Below the pieces are notes generated by a model. It did no database searches. It was given only the letters and a program-made list of their open reading frames with translations, and was not told the origin of the DNA. Made by a program: the position numbers and the translations under genes. Positions 51,737 to 64,000 of a DNA stretch of 64,000 nucleotides are shown here, one piece after another. The stretch spans positions 1-64,000 of the forward strand of contig JAXLNO010000408.1 of NCBI GenBank assembly GCA_038087875.1, read 5' to 3'. Origin of the DNA: Malacoraja senta (Eukaryota). Numbering within the stretch: position 1 is the first letter of the stretch; every line of letters begins with the position of its first letter.

Positions 51737-52051
51737 AAGCCCTGTCCACGGTACGAGTTCATTCCAAGAGTTTTCCTGAGTTTGCCCTGATTCGAACTCG
51801 GAGATTTACGGTAATGGCCACTCGTTGGTACTCGGAGCTCTCCGGACATTTTCAACATGTTGAAAAATCTTCACCAGTCTTCCCGTGCTTACCTGCCCGT
51901 TAGCGAGTCTTCCCGAGTACCTGCCGTTAGCGCTAAGAGACATCCCGAGCTCCGACGTACCCGCTACGTTCATTCTCCGTGCTTACCACGAGTTTGATTT
52001 TTTAAACTCGGGAGAGCTTTTGGAATTAACTCGTGCCGTGGGACAGGGCTT
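51737..52051. mobile_element. PIF/Harbinger-like MITE
   Basis: TIRs AAGCCCTGTCC(C)ACGG... about 45 bp; 3-bp TSD TGA (51734-51736 and 52052-52054) inside a CR1 tail. Confidence 0.8.
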
Positions 52052-52386
52052 TGAGTCTGGTGGAATTCTCTGACTCAGAGGGCGGTGGAGGCCAGGTTCT
52101 CTGGATGGTTCCAAGAGAGAGCTAGATAGGCTCTTAAATATAGCGGTCAGGGGTTATGGGGAGAAGGCAGGAACGGGGTACTGATTGGGGACGATCAGCC
52201 ATGATCACATTGAATGGTGGTGCTGGCTCGAAAGGCCGAAGGGCCTATCACAGTGAGGAGGTGCCTTGTGGACTCACTGTGGTGGATGTTAAACTGTGTT
52301 CATTGTGTGTTCTGTCAATTTATTCTCTGTTATGACTGCAAGGTATTTAATTTCGTTCAAACTAACAAGTTTGAATGACAATAAAG

Positions 52387-53427
52387 TAGGTATGTTACAA
52401 AACTTACCTTCAGTCGCGCTGTAATTCTGCCACTGGCCGTGTGCGCGATTTTGGCGCCTTTAAGGGGGGGAGGGGTAAAACGCGGGTTTCTCCTCCCTTG
52501 TCCTGGTTAATATTTTGTTGGAGTACAAGCGTTGGCTGAGGAATCGTTCCTAGTGGCGATTTGTGTGTTTTTTATTTTTATTAAATCGTCAATGTCAGCG
52601 CTAGAGTAATTTTAAAAGGAAGCTCCTGAAGCGTCAACGCCGATAACGGGGACGGATTTCACGTGCGGGACAGGTAAACGAAAGTGGTTTCTTTAAATGA
52701 TATAAAAGTGCTTCTTAAGAAGCCTTTAATTCACATTTTTTCATGCGACACGGTGATTTTATTCCCGAATTAACGGCAGAATTTTCATGCCAATACGGGT
52801 TAAATTCACCGCAAATGAACGTTCCAAAGATCGCGTTCCAGAAATCCTCACTCGCAAGATGATTTAAATCCCCATTAATTTACAGGTATTAAAACATACA
52901 ATCCTTCCATTTGGCCTGTAAATTCATGAAAATGAGATTTAAAAATTATGTTATATTGTGAATTATTGTGTGAATGTTATTTGGACACTTAGGCTATTTA
53001 AAAATGTTAATCTATTCTTAAGAAATTGATAGATGTTTAGATCTAGTAATTGAATTTTGTAATTAGCTACAATTAGGTAACTAACTAAATTAATATGCTT
53101 TACTTTCATGTCTTCTAAGTAAGATTGTTTCATATTTGTTTCAGAATGCTTCAATCTATAATAACTGAAAAATTTATTTCAGTTATCTTAATTTTTAAGA
53201 AAGTTATGGGCTTTTGATTGTCCTCGATCACAGCATTTGTGTTAAGTCAATGGAAAAGCAATATGGAACAAGATGCTAATTTCCGAGTATGAAATGGCCA
53301 TAAACTTTTTTAATACTGTAGATATGAAAGTGAATTAGGTGTCAAATTAAACTTCTTTTTATGCTTTATCTGATGGGATAAATTGCAGACTTTATTTTTT
53401 ACATCTCAAAATTTTGTAACATTGCTA
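52387..53427. mobile_element. Non-autonomous TIR element with 7-bp TSD (hAT-like termini)
   Basis: Left end TAGGTATGTTACAAAA; right end reverse complement TAGCAATGTTACAAAA; AATAAAG at 52380-52386 and 53428-53434. Confidence 0.75.
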
Positions 53428-53605
53428 AATAAAGGAGACTTTACTTTACTGTTGGGCCGAAGGGCCTGTTTCCCCATCACTACCACTCGATCACTTGACA
53501 AAGTTACTCCAGCATTTTGTTTGTGTTTACCTTCAGTCTGAAGAAGGGCCTCGACCTGAAACGTCGCCAATTCCTTCATCCAGAGCTGCTTTGCTGCTGC
53601 TGCCC

Positions 53606-53643
<38 letters not shown>

Positions 53644-53719
53644 CTGCCCGTCTGTCCGTCTGTCTGTCTGTCCGTCCCGCTGAGTTACTGCAGCATTTTG
53701 TCTTCACCTTCAACGTTTA

Positions 53720-53930
53720 AAACAACCGCCATCTTGCAGCTTCTTCCTGAAGCAACTCCCTCCGATTGGCGGTGACGTCACGGCGCCGGGCGGAGCGAGG
53801 CGGGCTGACGTCACGGCGCCGGGCGGAGCGAGGCGGGGCTGACGTCACGGCGCCGGGCGGAGCGAGGCGGGCTGACGTCACGGCGCCGGGCGGAGCGAGG
53901 CGGGCTGACGTCACGGCGCAGGACGGGCTG
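53720..53930 (+). promoter_or_regulatory. CpG-island-like promoter with five tandem CRE sites
   Basis: TGACGTCA at about 53773, 53806, 53840, 53873 and 53906 in a 33-bp unit with GGGCGG; YY1-like CCGCCATCTT and ATTGG upstream. Confidence 0.65.
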
Positions 53931-54029
53931 ACGGTTGTTCTCGACCGGTTCCCGGATGCTGGGCGGCCCCAGGTCGGTGTCGCGTCTCCCCCCTCCCCCC
54001 CCCCCTCACGGAGAACCGGAGCCGCCTCA

Positions 54030-54720
54030 CGGGGGGGGGGGAGAGGGGTGGGACATGGGGGGGGTGAAGGAGGTAGGGAGGGGGGGTGAGGGGGAGGGTG
54101 GAAGGAGGGAGGGAGAAGGAGGAGGGGGGGAGGAGGGTGAAGGAGGGAGGGAGGGTGAGGGAGGGTGAAGGAGGGTGGGGGCAGGGTGAGGAGGGTGGGG
54201 GGAGGAAGGTGAAGGAGGGGGGAGGGTGAAGGAGGGTGGGGGGGAGGGTGAAGGAGGGGGGGGAGGAGGGTGAAGGAGGGAGGGAGGGTGAGGGAGAAGG
54301 AGGAGGGAGGGTGAGGGAGAAGGAGGAGGGAGGGTGAGGAGAAGGAGGAGGGGGGAGGGGGGAGGGTGAAGGAGGGAGGGGGGAGGGGGGAGGGTGAAGG
54401 AGGGTGGGGGGGAGGGTGAAGGGAGGGTGAAGGAGGGGGCAGGGTGAAGGAGGGTGGGGCAGGGTGAAGGAGGGTGGGGGGAGGGTGAAGGAGGGGGGAG
54501 GGTGAAGGAGGGTGGGGCAGGGGGGGGCAGGTGAAGGAGGGTGGGGGCAGGTGAAGGAGGGTGGGGGCAGGGTGAAGGAGGTGGGGGCAGGGTGAAGGAG
54601 GTGGGGCAGGGTGAAGGAGGGAGGGGGGGAGGGTGAGGAGGGAGGGTGGGGGGAGGGTGAAGGAGGGAGGGGGGAGGGTGAAGGGGGGAGGGAGGGAAAG
54701 GGGAGGGTGAAGGAGGGTCT
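54030..54720. repeat. Purine-rich minisatellite (agggtgaaggagg variants)
   Basis: Dozens of gggtgaagga units; source of the long Pro-rich antisense ORFs. Confidence 0.9.
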
Positions 54721-55839
54721 CGAACCCCTGGCAATCACCAAGCACTAGTAATGTTGACGCGTCAGTAATGTCCTGTTGCCAGCTTGTTGACCCTCTGTGT
54801 TTCCCCTCCTGCCGGTTTAGTGGCCGTTGCTGTGGACGGAGGGGAAGGGGGAGGGTGAAGGAGGGGGGGGAGGGTGAGGCAACATCCATCAGTGGGAAAA
54901 CAGAACATAAAGGACTAGAGCAGCTTCTTGAACTATTTCAGTGTCATTCACCCGTGAGTCTTTATCACAACATTTAATTCACCCTCAACTACATTCTCTG
55001 ATGTGTTTATGGTATTTTCGTCGTCTTCTCCCTTGTGTATAATTTTATATATAATATATTTTGTCACATGAGTAAAAAACAAATACTCATTTCTTAAGTG
55101 TTTATTTTATTCACTTTTTGAACATCCTAAAAAACAGATAAATTTGGGAAATATCGGCGACTTTGGAATCAGACAATTAGGCAGAGAGAAAAAAGCAGCA
55201 AATTTCAAGTTCCACTGCCATGAAACCAATAAGAGCTTAATAACCACTTAATAACCATTCAATGCCTTTTTTTAAGTACAGAACAAATATATAAATATCT
55301 GAATGAATTAAGTAATTCACCCTTGATTTGGGTTGAGACCCTTCTTTGGTTTAGTTTAGTTTGGAGATGTAGCGCAGAAACAGGTCATTCGGCCCACGGA
55401 GCCCGTGCTGACCTGAGATCACCCCGTACACTAGCACTATCCTACGCACATTAAGGACAATTTTAACAATTTTGCAGAGGCTGATTAATCTACAACTCTG
55501 AACATCTTCGAAATGTAAATAGACAATAGGTCCCGGAGTAGGCCATTCGGCCCTTCGAGCCAGTACCGCCATTCACTGTGATCATGGCTGATCATCCACA
55601 ATCAGTACCCCGTTCCTGCCTTCTCACCATATCCCCTGACTATGCTATCTTTAAGAGCTCTATCTAACTCTCTTGAAAGCATCCAGAGAACCGGCCTCCA
55701 CTGCCTTCTGAGGCAGAGAATTCCACAGACTCGCCACTCTCTGTGAGAAAAAGTGTTTCCTCATCTCCGTTCTAAATGGCTTACCCCTGTACTGCCCAAA
55801 ATTATATAATCCTCCGTCATAAATGCACCCAATATGTGC

Positions 55840-56645
55840 TAGTAATGTCCTGTTTGCCAGCTTGTTGATCCTCTGTGTTCCCCTCCTGCAGGGTTTAGGA
55901 GCCATTGCTGTGGACGGAGAGACGGGGACGTGAGCGGCCATTGAGGGCAGCCAGGGTGCCGGTAAGCCCCCCGTATCTGCTCGGTGTGCGGGCTGAGCTT
56001 TGAGGGGCTGAGCTTCGGTGGAGGACCACATGACGGGGCACAACAAGGAGAAGCGTTATGAGTGTGACGTGTGTGGGCATGGCCTGTGGGAGCCCGAGCC
56101 GGCTGGAGACCCACCGGCGGGTGCACACGGGAGAACGCCCCTTCGACTGCTCGGAGTGCTGCAAGAGCTTCGCCATCTACGGCAGCCTGGTGCGGCACAG
56201 CCGCGTGCACTCCGCCGAGAGGCTCTTCACCTGCTCCGACTGTGGCAAGAGCTTCAAGAACGGCACAGGACCTGCAAGACCACTGGCCGGTGCACACAGA
56301 CGAGAAGCCCTACGGCTGCTCCACCTGCGGCAAGGGCTTTGCCGACTCATCGAAGCTACAGACGCACCGGCGGGCACACAGGCGCTACCCCACCGGGGAG
56401 CGGCCCTACACCTGCAGCGACTGTGGCAAGGGCTTCACTCAATCCAGCCGCCTGCTGGAGCACCAGCACACCCACACCGACGAGCGCCCCTACACGTGCA
56501 GCGACTGTGGCAAGGGCTTCACTCGCTCCACCTACCTGCTGAAGCACCGGCGCACCCACACCGGCGAGCGCCCCTACACCTGTGCCCAGTGTGGCAAGGG
56601 CTTCAACAGCCCCGCTACCTGCGGGAGCACCAGAGGGTGCACAAC
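55840..56645 (+). pseudogene. C2H2 zinc-finger gene copy 3, multiply frameshifted, truncated by CR1
   Basis: Acceptor cccctcctgcag at about 55891; [20 protein letters not shown] start as in copy 2; fingers spread over three frames. Confidence 0.88.
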
Positions 56646-58662
56646 TAAAAAGGTAATACGGGGAGAAAGATGAGGTACGAAGGTAAGCTAGCCAAGAATA
56701 TAAAGCAGGATAGTAAAAGCTGCTTTAGGTATGTGGAGAGGGAAAAAATTAGTTAAGACCAAATTTGGACCCTGAAGACCGAAAAGGGTGAATTTATTAG
56801 GGGAACAAGGAAATGGCAGATGAGTTGAACAGGTACTTTGGATCCGTCTTCTTCACTAAGGAGGACACAAACAATCTTCCTGACATCGGTGGTGGGGAAG
56901 ATGCTGGAGGCAATTATAAAGGATGAGATAGCCGCACATTTGGATAGCAGTAACAGCATCGGTCCGAGTCAGCATGGATTTACGAAGGGGAAATCATGCT
57001 GGACTAATCTTCTGGAATTTTTTGAGGATGTAACTGGGAAAATAGACAAGGGGGGGGGGGCAGTGGATGTAGTGTACCTGGACTTTCAGAAAGCATTTGA
57101 TGTCCCACATTGGAGATTAGTGGGTAAAATTAGAGCACATGGTATTGGGGGTGGAGTGCTGACTTGGATAGAAAATTGGTTGGTGGACAGGAAACAAAGA
57201 GTAGGGATTAACGGGTCCCTTTCAGAATGGCAGGCAGTGACTAGTGGGGTAACCGCAAGGCTCAGTGCTGGGTCCGCAGTTATTTACAATATACATCAAT
57301 GATTTGGATGAAGGGATTCAAAGGGGACTTATAACGGGATCTGGGGGTCCTTGTTCATCAGTCTATGAAAGTAAACATGCAGGTACAGCAGGCAGTGAAG
57401 AAAGCGAGTGGCATGTTGTCCTTTATAACGAGGAGTTGAGTATAGGAGCAGAGGTCTTTCTGCCAGTTTTGATAGGGCCCTAGTGAGACCACACCTGGAG
57501 TATTGTGTGCAATTTTGGTCCCCTAATTTGAGGAAGGACATTCTTGCTATTGAGGGAGCGCAGTTTATGTTCACCGGGTTAATCCCCTATTTTTAAGAGC
57601 CCTATCCAGCTCTCTTGAAAGTATTCAGAGAACCGGCGTCCACCGCCTTCTGAGGCAGGAGAATTCCACAGACTCACCACTCTCTGTGAGAGAAAGTGTT
57701 TCCTTGTCTCCGTTCTAAATGGCTTACTCCTTATTCTTAAACTGTGGCCCCTGGTTCTGGACTCCCCCAACATCGGGAACATGTTTCCTGCCTCTAGCGT
57801 GTCCAAACCCTTAATTATTGTACATGTTTCAATAAGATGCCCTCTCATCCTTCTAAACTCCAGAGTATTCGTCCATTCTCTCAGCATATGACAGTCCCGC
57901 CATCCCGAGAATTAACTTTGTAAACCTACGCTGCGCTCCCTCAATAGCAAGAATGTCCTTCCTCAAATAAGGGGACCAAAATTGCACATAATACTCCAGG
58001 TGTGGTCTCACTAGGGCTCTGTACAACTGCAGAAGGACCTCTTTGCTCCGATACTCAACTCCTCTTGTTATAAAGGCCAACATGCCATTCGCTTTCTTTG
58101 CTGCCTGCTGTACCTGCATGCTTACTTTCATTGGCTGATGAACAAGGACCCCCAGATCCCGTTGTACTTCCCCTTTTTCCCAACTTGACACCATTTAGAT
58201 AGTAATCTGCCTTCCTGATTTTGCCACATTAACTGAATCTGCCATGCATCTGCCCACTCACCCAACCCGTCCAAGTCACCCTGCATTTTCATAGCATCCT
58301 CCTCACAGTTCACCCTGCCACCCAGCTTTGTGTCATCTGCAAATTTGCTAATGTTACTTTGAATCCCTTCATCTAAATCATTGATATATATTGTAAATAG
58401 CTGCGGTCCCAGCACTGAGCCTTGCGGTACCCCACTAGTCACTGCCTGCCATTCTGAAAGGGACCCGTAAATCCCTACTCTTTGTTTCCTGTCTGCCAAC
58501 CAATTTTATATCCATGTCAGCACTCTACCTCAATACCATGTGCCCTAATTTTGCCCACTAATCTCCTATGTGGGACCTTATCAAATTATTTCTGAAAGTC
58601 CAGGTACACTACATCCACTGGCTCTCCCTTGTCCATCTTCCAAGTTACATCCTCAAAAAAAT
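56646..58662. mobile_element. Two convergent CR1 RT fragments (+ 56646-57580; - 57585-58662)
   Basis: RT motifs on opposite strands meeting near 57580. Confidence 0.88.
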
Positions 58663-58664
58663 TC

Positions 58665-59245
58665 CTGTTCCTTTACCTTCCCCCCTCGACTCCATCCAAG
58701 GACCCAAACAGTCTTTCCAGGTGAGGCAGAGGTTCACTTGCTCCTCCTCCAACCTCATCTACTGTATCCGCTGCTCCAGGTGTCAACTTCTCGACATCAG
58801 CAAGACCAAGTGCAGGCTTGGCGATCGTTTCACTGAATACCTCCGCTCCACCCGTCTTAACCTACCCGATCTCCCGGTGGCCCAGCACTTTAAATTCCCC
58901 CTCCCATTCCCAATCTGACCTTTCTGGTCCTGGGCCTCCTCCATTGTCAGAGTGAAGCCCAGTGCAAATTGGAGGAGCAGCACCTCATATTTCACTTGGG
59001 TAGTTTACACCCCAGCGGTATGAACATTGACTTCTCTAACTTCAGATAGCCCTTGCTTTCCCTCTCCATCCCCGACCCTTCCCAGTTCTCCTATTAGTTT
59101 TACTATCTCTGCCTACTTTCTATCTTTGTCCCGCCCCCTCCCCTGACATCAGTCTGAAGAAGGGTCTCGACTGGAAACGTGGCACATTCCTTCTCCAGAG
59201 ATGCTGCCTGACCCAATGAGTTACTCCAGCATTGTGTCAACCTTC
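58665..59245 (+). mobile_element. Penelope-like element remnant (GIY-YIG endonuclease and hammerhead-like repeat)
   Basis: FTCSSSNLIYCIRCSRCQLLDISKTKCRLGDRFTEYLRS, followed by ctgaagaagggtctcgactggaaacg. Confidence 0.82.
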
Positions 59246-60232
59246 AAAGTCATCTGGTTGAGTCTCATTTGTCTGCAACTTGATTTCACCTCGACACAGA
59301 TAACAATGGCCTGTTTCCTATAACATCGTCATTTTTTTTGCATATCCTTGGCATCTGCTTTGTTTCTGCCATTTTCACACCTCACCCTTCCATATCTCTA
59401 GTCTCCCTCTTCCCTGACTCAGCTCGGAAGAAGGGTCTCGACCGACACGTCATCCATTCCTTTTCTCCAGAGATGCTGTCTGACTTGCTGACTTATTCCA
59501 TTTTTTGTGTCTCTCCCTTTTTTCCTCTATCTTCCCTGTGCCCCACCTGAACGGGACCCGTTTCACCCTTTTCCCCTTCACTTTCACCAATATCCCTTTC
59601 TCTGGCTTCACATTCTGCTGATCTTCTCTCACAGACTTTCCTGTTCGTCCCACCTGTGGCCTGCGGATTTCATCATCGAGGAGCTCGCAGTCTCGGGTAG
59701 AGACTGATGTCTGGAATCTCCAAGTCGCAGGAGGTTCGATGAGCCCTAACCCGGGGTCCAATCGCCCGGCACGGGGAGCTGACATCCCCCCCCATTCGGG
59801 AGCTTACGCTGTGAATCGGAGGGCCCGACCACTGGCTACTGGAGCCAAGATCGCCCCGACAACAGAAGGTTCAAGTGCCCGACCGCGGGAGAACAAAGAA
59901 GGGAAGAGTCTGATCTTTTTATTTCGCCTTCCATCGCAGTGAGGGATGTGGAGGAGTCACTGTGGTGGATGTTTATGTTAAAATGTATTTTGTGTTTCTT
60001 GTTTCTTTTTATTGGTATGACTATAGCAAATCAAATTCCTCATATGTTGCAAAACATACTTGGTTAATAAAGTATGATTATGATTATGATGAGGGCTTTC
60101 GGCCCATCGAGTTTGCTCCACCATTCAATCATGACTGATCTATCTCTCCCTCTCAACCCCATTCTGCTGCCTTCTCCCCATAACCCCTGACACCCGTACT
60201 AATCAGGAACCTGACAATCTCTGCTTTAAAAT

Positions 60233-60540
60233 GCGCGACACGGTGGTGCAGCGGTAGAGTTGCTGCCTCACAGCGCCAGAGAGACCTAGGTTCCATCCTG
60301 ACCACGGGTGCTGTATGTACGGAGTTTGCACGTTCTCCCCGTGACCTGCGTGGGGTTTTCTCCGGGTGCTCCAGTTTCCTCCCGCATTCCAAAGTCGCGC
60401 GGGTTTGTAGTCTAATTGGCTTCTGTAAAAATTGTCCCTAATGTGTGTAGGATGGAGCTAGTGTACGGGGTGATCACTGGTCGGTGAGGACTCGGTGGGC
60501 TGAAGACCTGTTTCCGTGCAGTATCTCTAAAATCTAAACA
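60233..60540 (+). mobile_element. V-SINE (HE1-like) with tRNA-derived head
   Basis: A-box-like TGGTGCAGCGG, B-box-like GGTTCCATCC, V-domain core and LINE-like tail. Confidence 0.85.
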
Positions 60541-62504
60541 ATACCCAGTGACTTGGCCTCCACCGCCGTCTGTGGCATGAATTCTACAGATTCACCACCC
60601 TCTGGCTAAAGAAATTCCTCCTCATCTCCTTTCTAAAGGCATGGGCGGGAAAGGCAGAGAAGGTTAAGGGCCAGATGCGTGCATGTGGGACTAGCTTCAA
60701 TAGACAAGACAATAGGTGCTGGAGTAGGCCAATTGGCCCTTCGAGCCAGCACCGCCATTCAATGTGATCATGGCTGATCATCCCCAATCAGTACCCTGTT
60801 CCTGCCTTCTCCCCATATCCCCTGACTCCGCTATTTTTAAGCTCTCTCTTGAAAGCATCCAGAGAACCGGCCTCCACCGCCCACCGCTAGAGCAGGAGAA
60901 TTCCACAGACTCACCACTCTCTGTGAGAAAAAGTGTTTCCTCGTCTCCGTTCTAAATGGCTTACTCCTTATTTCTTAAACTGTGGCCCCTGGTTCTGGAC
61001 TCCCCCAACATCGGGAACATGTTTTTCTGCCTCTAGCGTGTCCAAGCCCTTAACAATCTTATATGTTTCGATAGGCATGGCTGTGTGTTTCTGTGCTGTG
61101 GGACTGACGGGGCTCAACAGGGTAGTATTTTGATGCTTCAGCCTGCAGCAACCCAGGAGAACTATGACCAGATGCTTCTTTAGTTGTTGTTCTGTACATC
61201 GAGCGGGAGGCGATGAAATCTCCCGTTCACACGCAGCCGCCAGAGCAAACAGCGTACATCCGGTGATGACAAACGCAATAAATGCAATATCCAGTGCAGA
61301 ACAGTGCACGGCTGTGTTGGAGAAAGCCCGGGATAGCACGGTCAAGAGGGCCGAAGGCCTGTCTCCACACAACGCTGTCTGTGTGGAGATTGCATGCTTC
61401 CCCCCCCCACCCCCCGTGGTGGACCGGATGTGGGTCAGGGCAGGAGAGGCGAGCTCAGCCTTCCTCCCGTGCATCCTAGCCCCAACGGGCCGAGTGCCCG
61501 CCACCTTCCTCCCCAAACAACAACTGAGGGAAAAAAAACACAGAAGAAACCTCTTCCAACCCCCCCCGAATCTCTCAGGGAATGCCCCTGCCCTGCCCTT
61601 TGAAATCAAGCCGTCACAATCGTGCACGATCAGTTAGCATAAATACCTGAGACCACGGGCTTCTCGGTGTTAAAGTCCACAGGCCCCGCGTCGAAGCTTT
61701 TCACAGGCGATCCTTGGCAAAGGGGTTGCAGATACCGCAATGTTAAAGTCCGCGGCTTGAAGCTCCGGGCCGGTCTTCAGGAAAGGCTGCACCATTCCAT
61801 GTTCTTGGGCCGCGAGGCGACGGAGATACCACACGGAGAAACATTGCATCTCCGTCGAGGTAAGTGACTGAAAAAATGTTTCCCCCAATCCCCCCGCACC
61901 CCACATAAAACAAACCAAGAAACATAGACGGGACAGACAGACTGTTGGCGAGGCAGCCGGTGCTGGTGGAGCCACTCGGTTGACACTGATTATTTGGGGA
62001 ACTGTCCACATTTTCTATGCTTAAAAAAAGATTTATTTCATTGGAATACAGCGGGTTAACCAGCAAAAGTCCTTGTTTACCGCAGTCCATGGCCCATGAG
62101 GGGGGGGGAGTGTCTCCTTAATTTGGAGAATTCAATGTTCATGTCATTGGGCTGTAAGCTGTGAGGTGCTGTTCCTCCAGTTTGCGTGTCACCTCACTCT
62201 GGCAATGGAGGAGGCCCAGGACAGAAAGATCAGAGTGGGAAGGGGAGTTAAAATGGTTGGCAACTGGGAGATCCAGCAGGCCTTGGCGGGCCGAGCGCAA
62301 GTGTAGGGTGAACTGCACGCCTGGTCTAGATACAAGGAACAGCAGATACTGGGTTTACAAACAGGGACACAATCTCCTGGAGTACTTGCACCTCTGGAGA
62401 GCATGGACAGGCAATATTTCTAGGTCAGGTCCGTTCTTCAGACTGATGGAGAGGGTGGGGGGAGGAAGCTGGAAAAGAGAGATGGGGGCTGGACAAAGCT
62501 TGGC

Positions 62505-63700
62505 ATGAAAAAGATAATAAACAGAATAAGAGGTGGTGGGTTTCTTAAATGTGAGCAGAGAGACAGAGGGGGTGTAAAATGAGGGTAGAAGCAATAGGTA
62601 GCAAGGTGAAAAGTAAAAGTGGCAGGCAGACAAATCCAGGGCAAAAAATCAAAAAGGGCCACTTTTCAACATAACTGTATAAGGGGTAAGAGTGTTGTAA
62701 AAACAAGCCTGAAGGCTTTGTGTCTCAATGCAAGGAGCATTCGTAATAAGGTGCATGAGTTGAATGTGCAGATAGTTATTAATGAATATGATATAGTTGG
62801 GATCACGGAGACATGGCTCCAGAGTGACCAAGGCTGGGAGCTGAACATCCAGGGATATTCAATATTCAGGAGGGATAGACAGAAAGGAAAAGGAGGTGGG
62901 GTAGCGTTGCTGGTTAGAGAAGAGATTAACGCAATAGAAAGGAAGGACATTAGCTTGGAGGATGTGGAATCGATATCGTAGATCTGCGAAACACTAAGGG
63001 GCAGAAAACGCTGGTGGGTGTTGTGTACAGGCCACCTAACAGTAGTAGTGGAGTTGGGGATGGCATCAAAGAGGAAATTAGAAATGCGTGCAACAAAGGT
63101 AAAACAGTTATAATGGGTGACGTCAATCTACATATAGATTGGGTGAATCAAATTGGCAGGGTGCTGAGGAAGAGGATTTCTTGGAATGTACGCGGGATAG
63201 TTTTCTAAACCAACATGTAGAGGAACCAACGAGAGAGCAGGGCTATTCTGGACTGGGTATTGAGTAATGAGAAAGGGTTAGTTAGCAGTCTTGTTGTGCG
63301 TGGCCCCTTGGGCAAGAGTGACCATTAATATGGTTGAGTTCTTCATTAGGATGGAGAGTGACATAATTAATTCAGAAACAAGGGTTCTGAACTTAAAGAA
63401 AAGGTAACTTTGAGGGTATGAGACGTGAATTGGCCAAGATAGACTGGCAATTGATTCTTAAAGGGTTGACGGTGGATATGCAATGGAAGGCATTTTAAAG
63501 ACTGCATGGATGAACTACAACAATTGTTCATCCCAGTTTGGCAAAAGAATAAATCAGGGAAGGTAGTGCATCCGTGGATAACAAGGGAAATCATGGGATA
63601 GTATCAAAACAAAAGATGAAGCATGCAATTTAGCCAGAAAAAGCAGCCTACCAGAGGGACTGGGAGAAATTCAGTCCAGCAGGAGGAGAACAAAGGGCTT
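62505..63700 (+). mobile_element. CR1 ORF2 5' part (APE endonuclease)
   Basis: CLNARSIRNK, GITETW and GVVYRPP motifs; frameshifts. Confidence 0.9.
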
Positions 63701-64000
63701 AGATAGATGATAGATATTTATTTTGTTGTCATTTGAACCTAAGTTCAAACGAAATTTGGTTTCTGCAGTCATACAAACAAGTAAAAAGAACCAAGACACA
63801 ACACAATTTACACAAACATCCATCACAGTGAATCTCCTCCTCACTGTGATGGAAGGCAAAGTCTTATCTCTCCCCTGCACTCCCCATTCTCCTCCCGATG
63901 TCAAAGTCAAAGCCCCCGGCGGGCGATTGTAGATATGTCCCGCGGCCATTAAAGCCGTGCTGAGCGATGCAAGGCCACGCTCCGGGTCTTGATGTTGTAG

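Larger units (their letters stand above)
47105..52250 (+). mobile_element. Long CR1 ORF2 segment interrupted by Rex-Babar, Penelope-type, L2 and MITE insertions
   Basis: GSDHNMVRF endonuclease end, KSPGPDGLHPRVLKE, RT motifs and 3' tail, collinear once inserts are removed. Confidence 0.85.

Noticed and set aside
53717..54889. 390-aa extensin-like Pro-rich ORF
   Set aside because: Antisense reading of the gggtgaagga minisatellite and the CRE repeat
60233..60310. Possible tRNA gene
   Set aside because: A/B boxes belong to a SINE head that continues into the V-domain; no complete cloverleaf

Overview
A repeat-saturated eukaryotic window, most likely from a cartilaginous fish (skate/ray-like; inferred from HE1-type V-SINEs, dominant CR1 LINEs and fish-type ERVs). 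Most ORF-track entries are decayed CR1, L2, Rex-Babar or Penelope fragments, or low-complexity noise. The main structure is a nested cargo system at 20665-29876. It is a 9.2-kb element with CAGGGC(A/T)GCC(A/G)AC termini and a 6-bp ATGTTG target-site duplication (TSD), and the empty site is visible at about 44846. It carries a TDP2-like first exon and a defective two-LTR provirus in which pol and most of env are replaced by an intronless KIF5B (kinesin-1) tail cDNA. A second provirus (34897-42850) has a 1137-aa pol with a 2H-phosphoesterase-like insert between protease and RT. The window also holds an internally deleted Academ-type transposon with a verifiable empty site, two Helitron-like elements, Harbinger- and hAT-like non-autonomous elements and hammerhead-like Penelope repeats. 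A cluster of C2H2 zinc-finger gene copies with CRE-array promoters and segmental duplications are also present. All family assignments are from motif recognition by eye; no database search was run.
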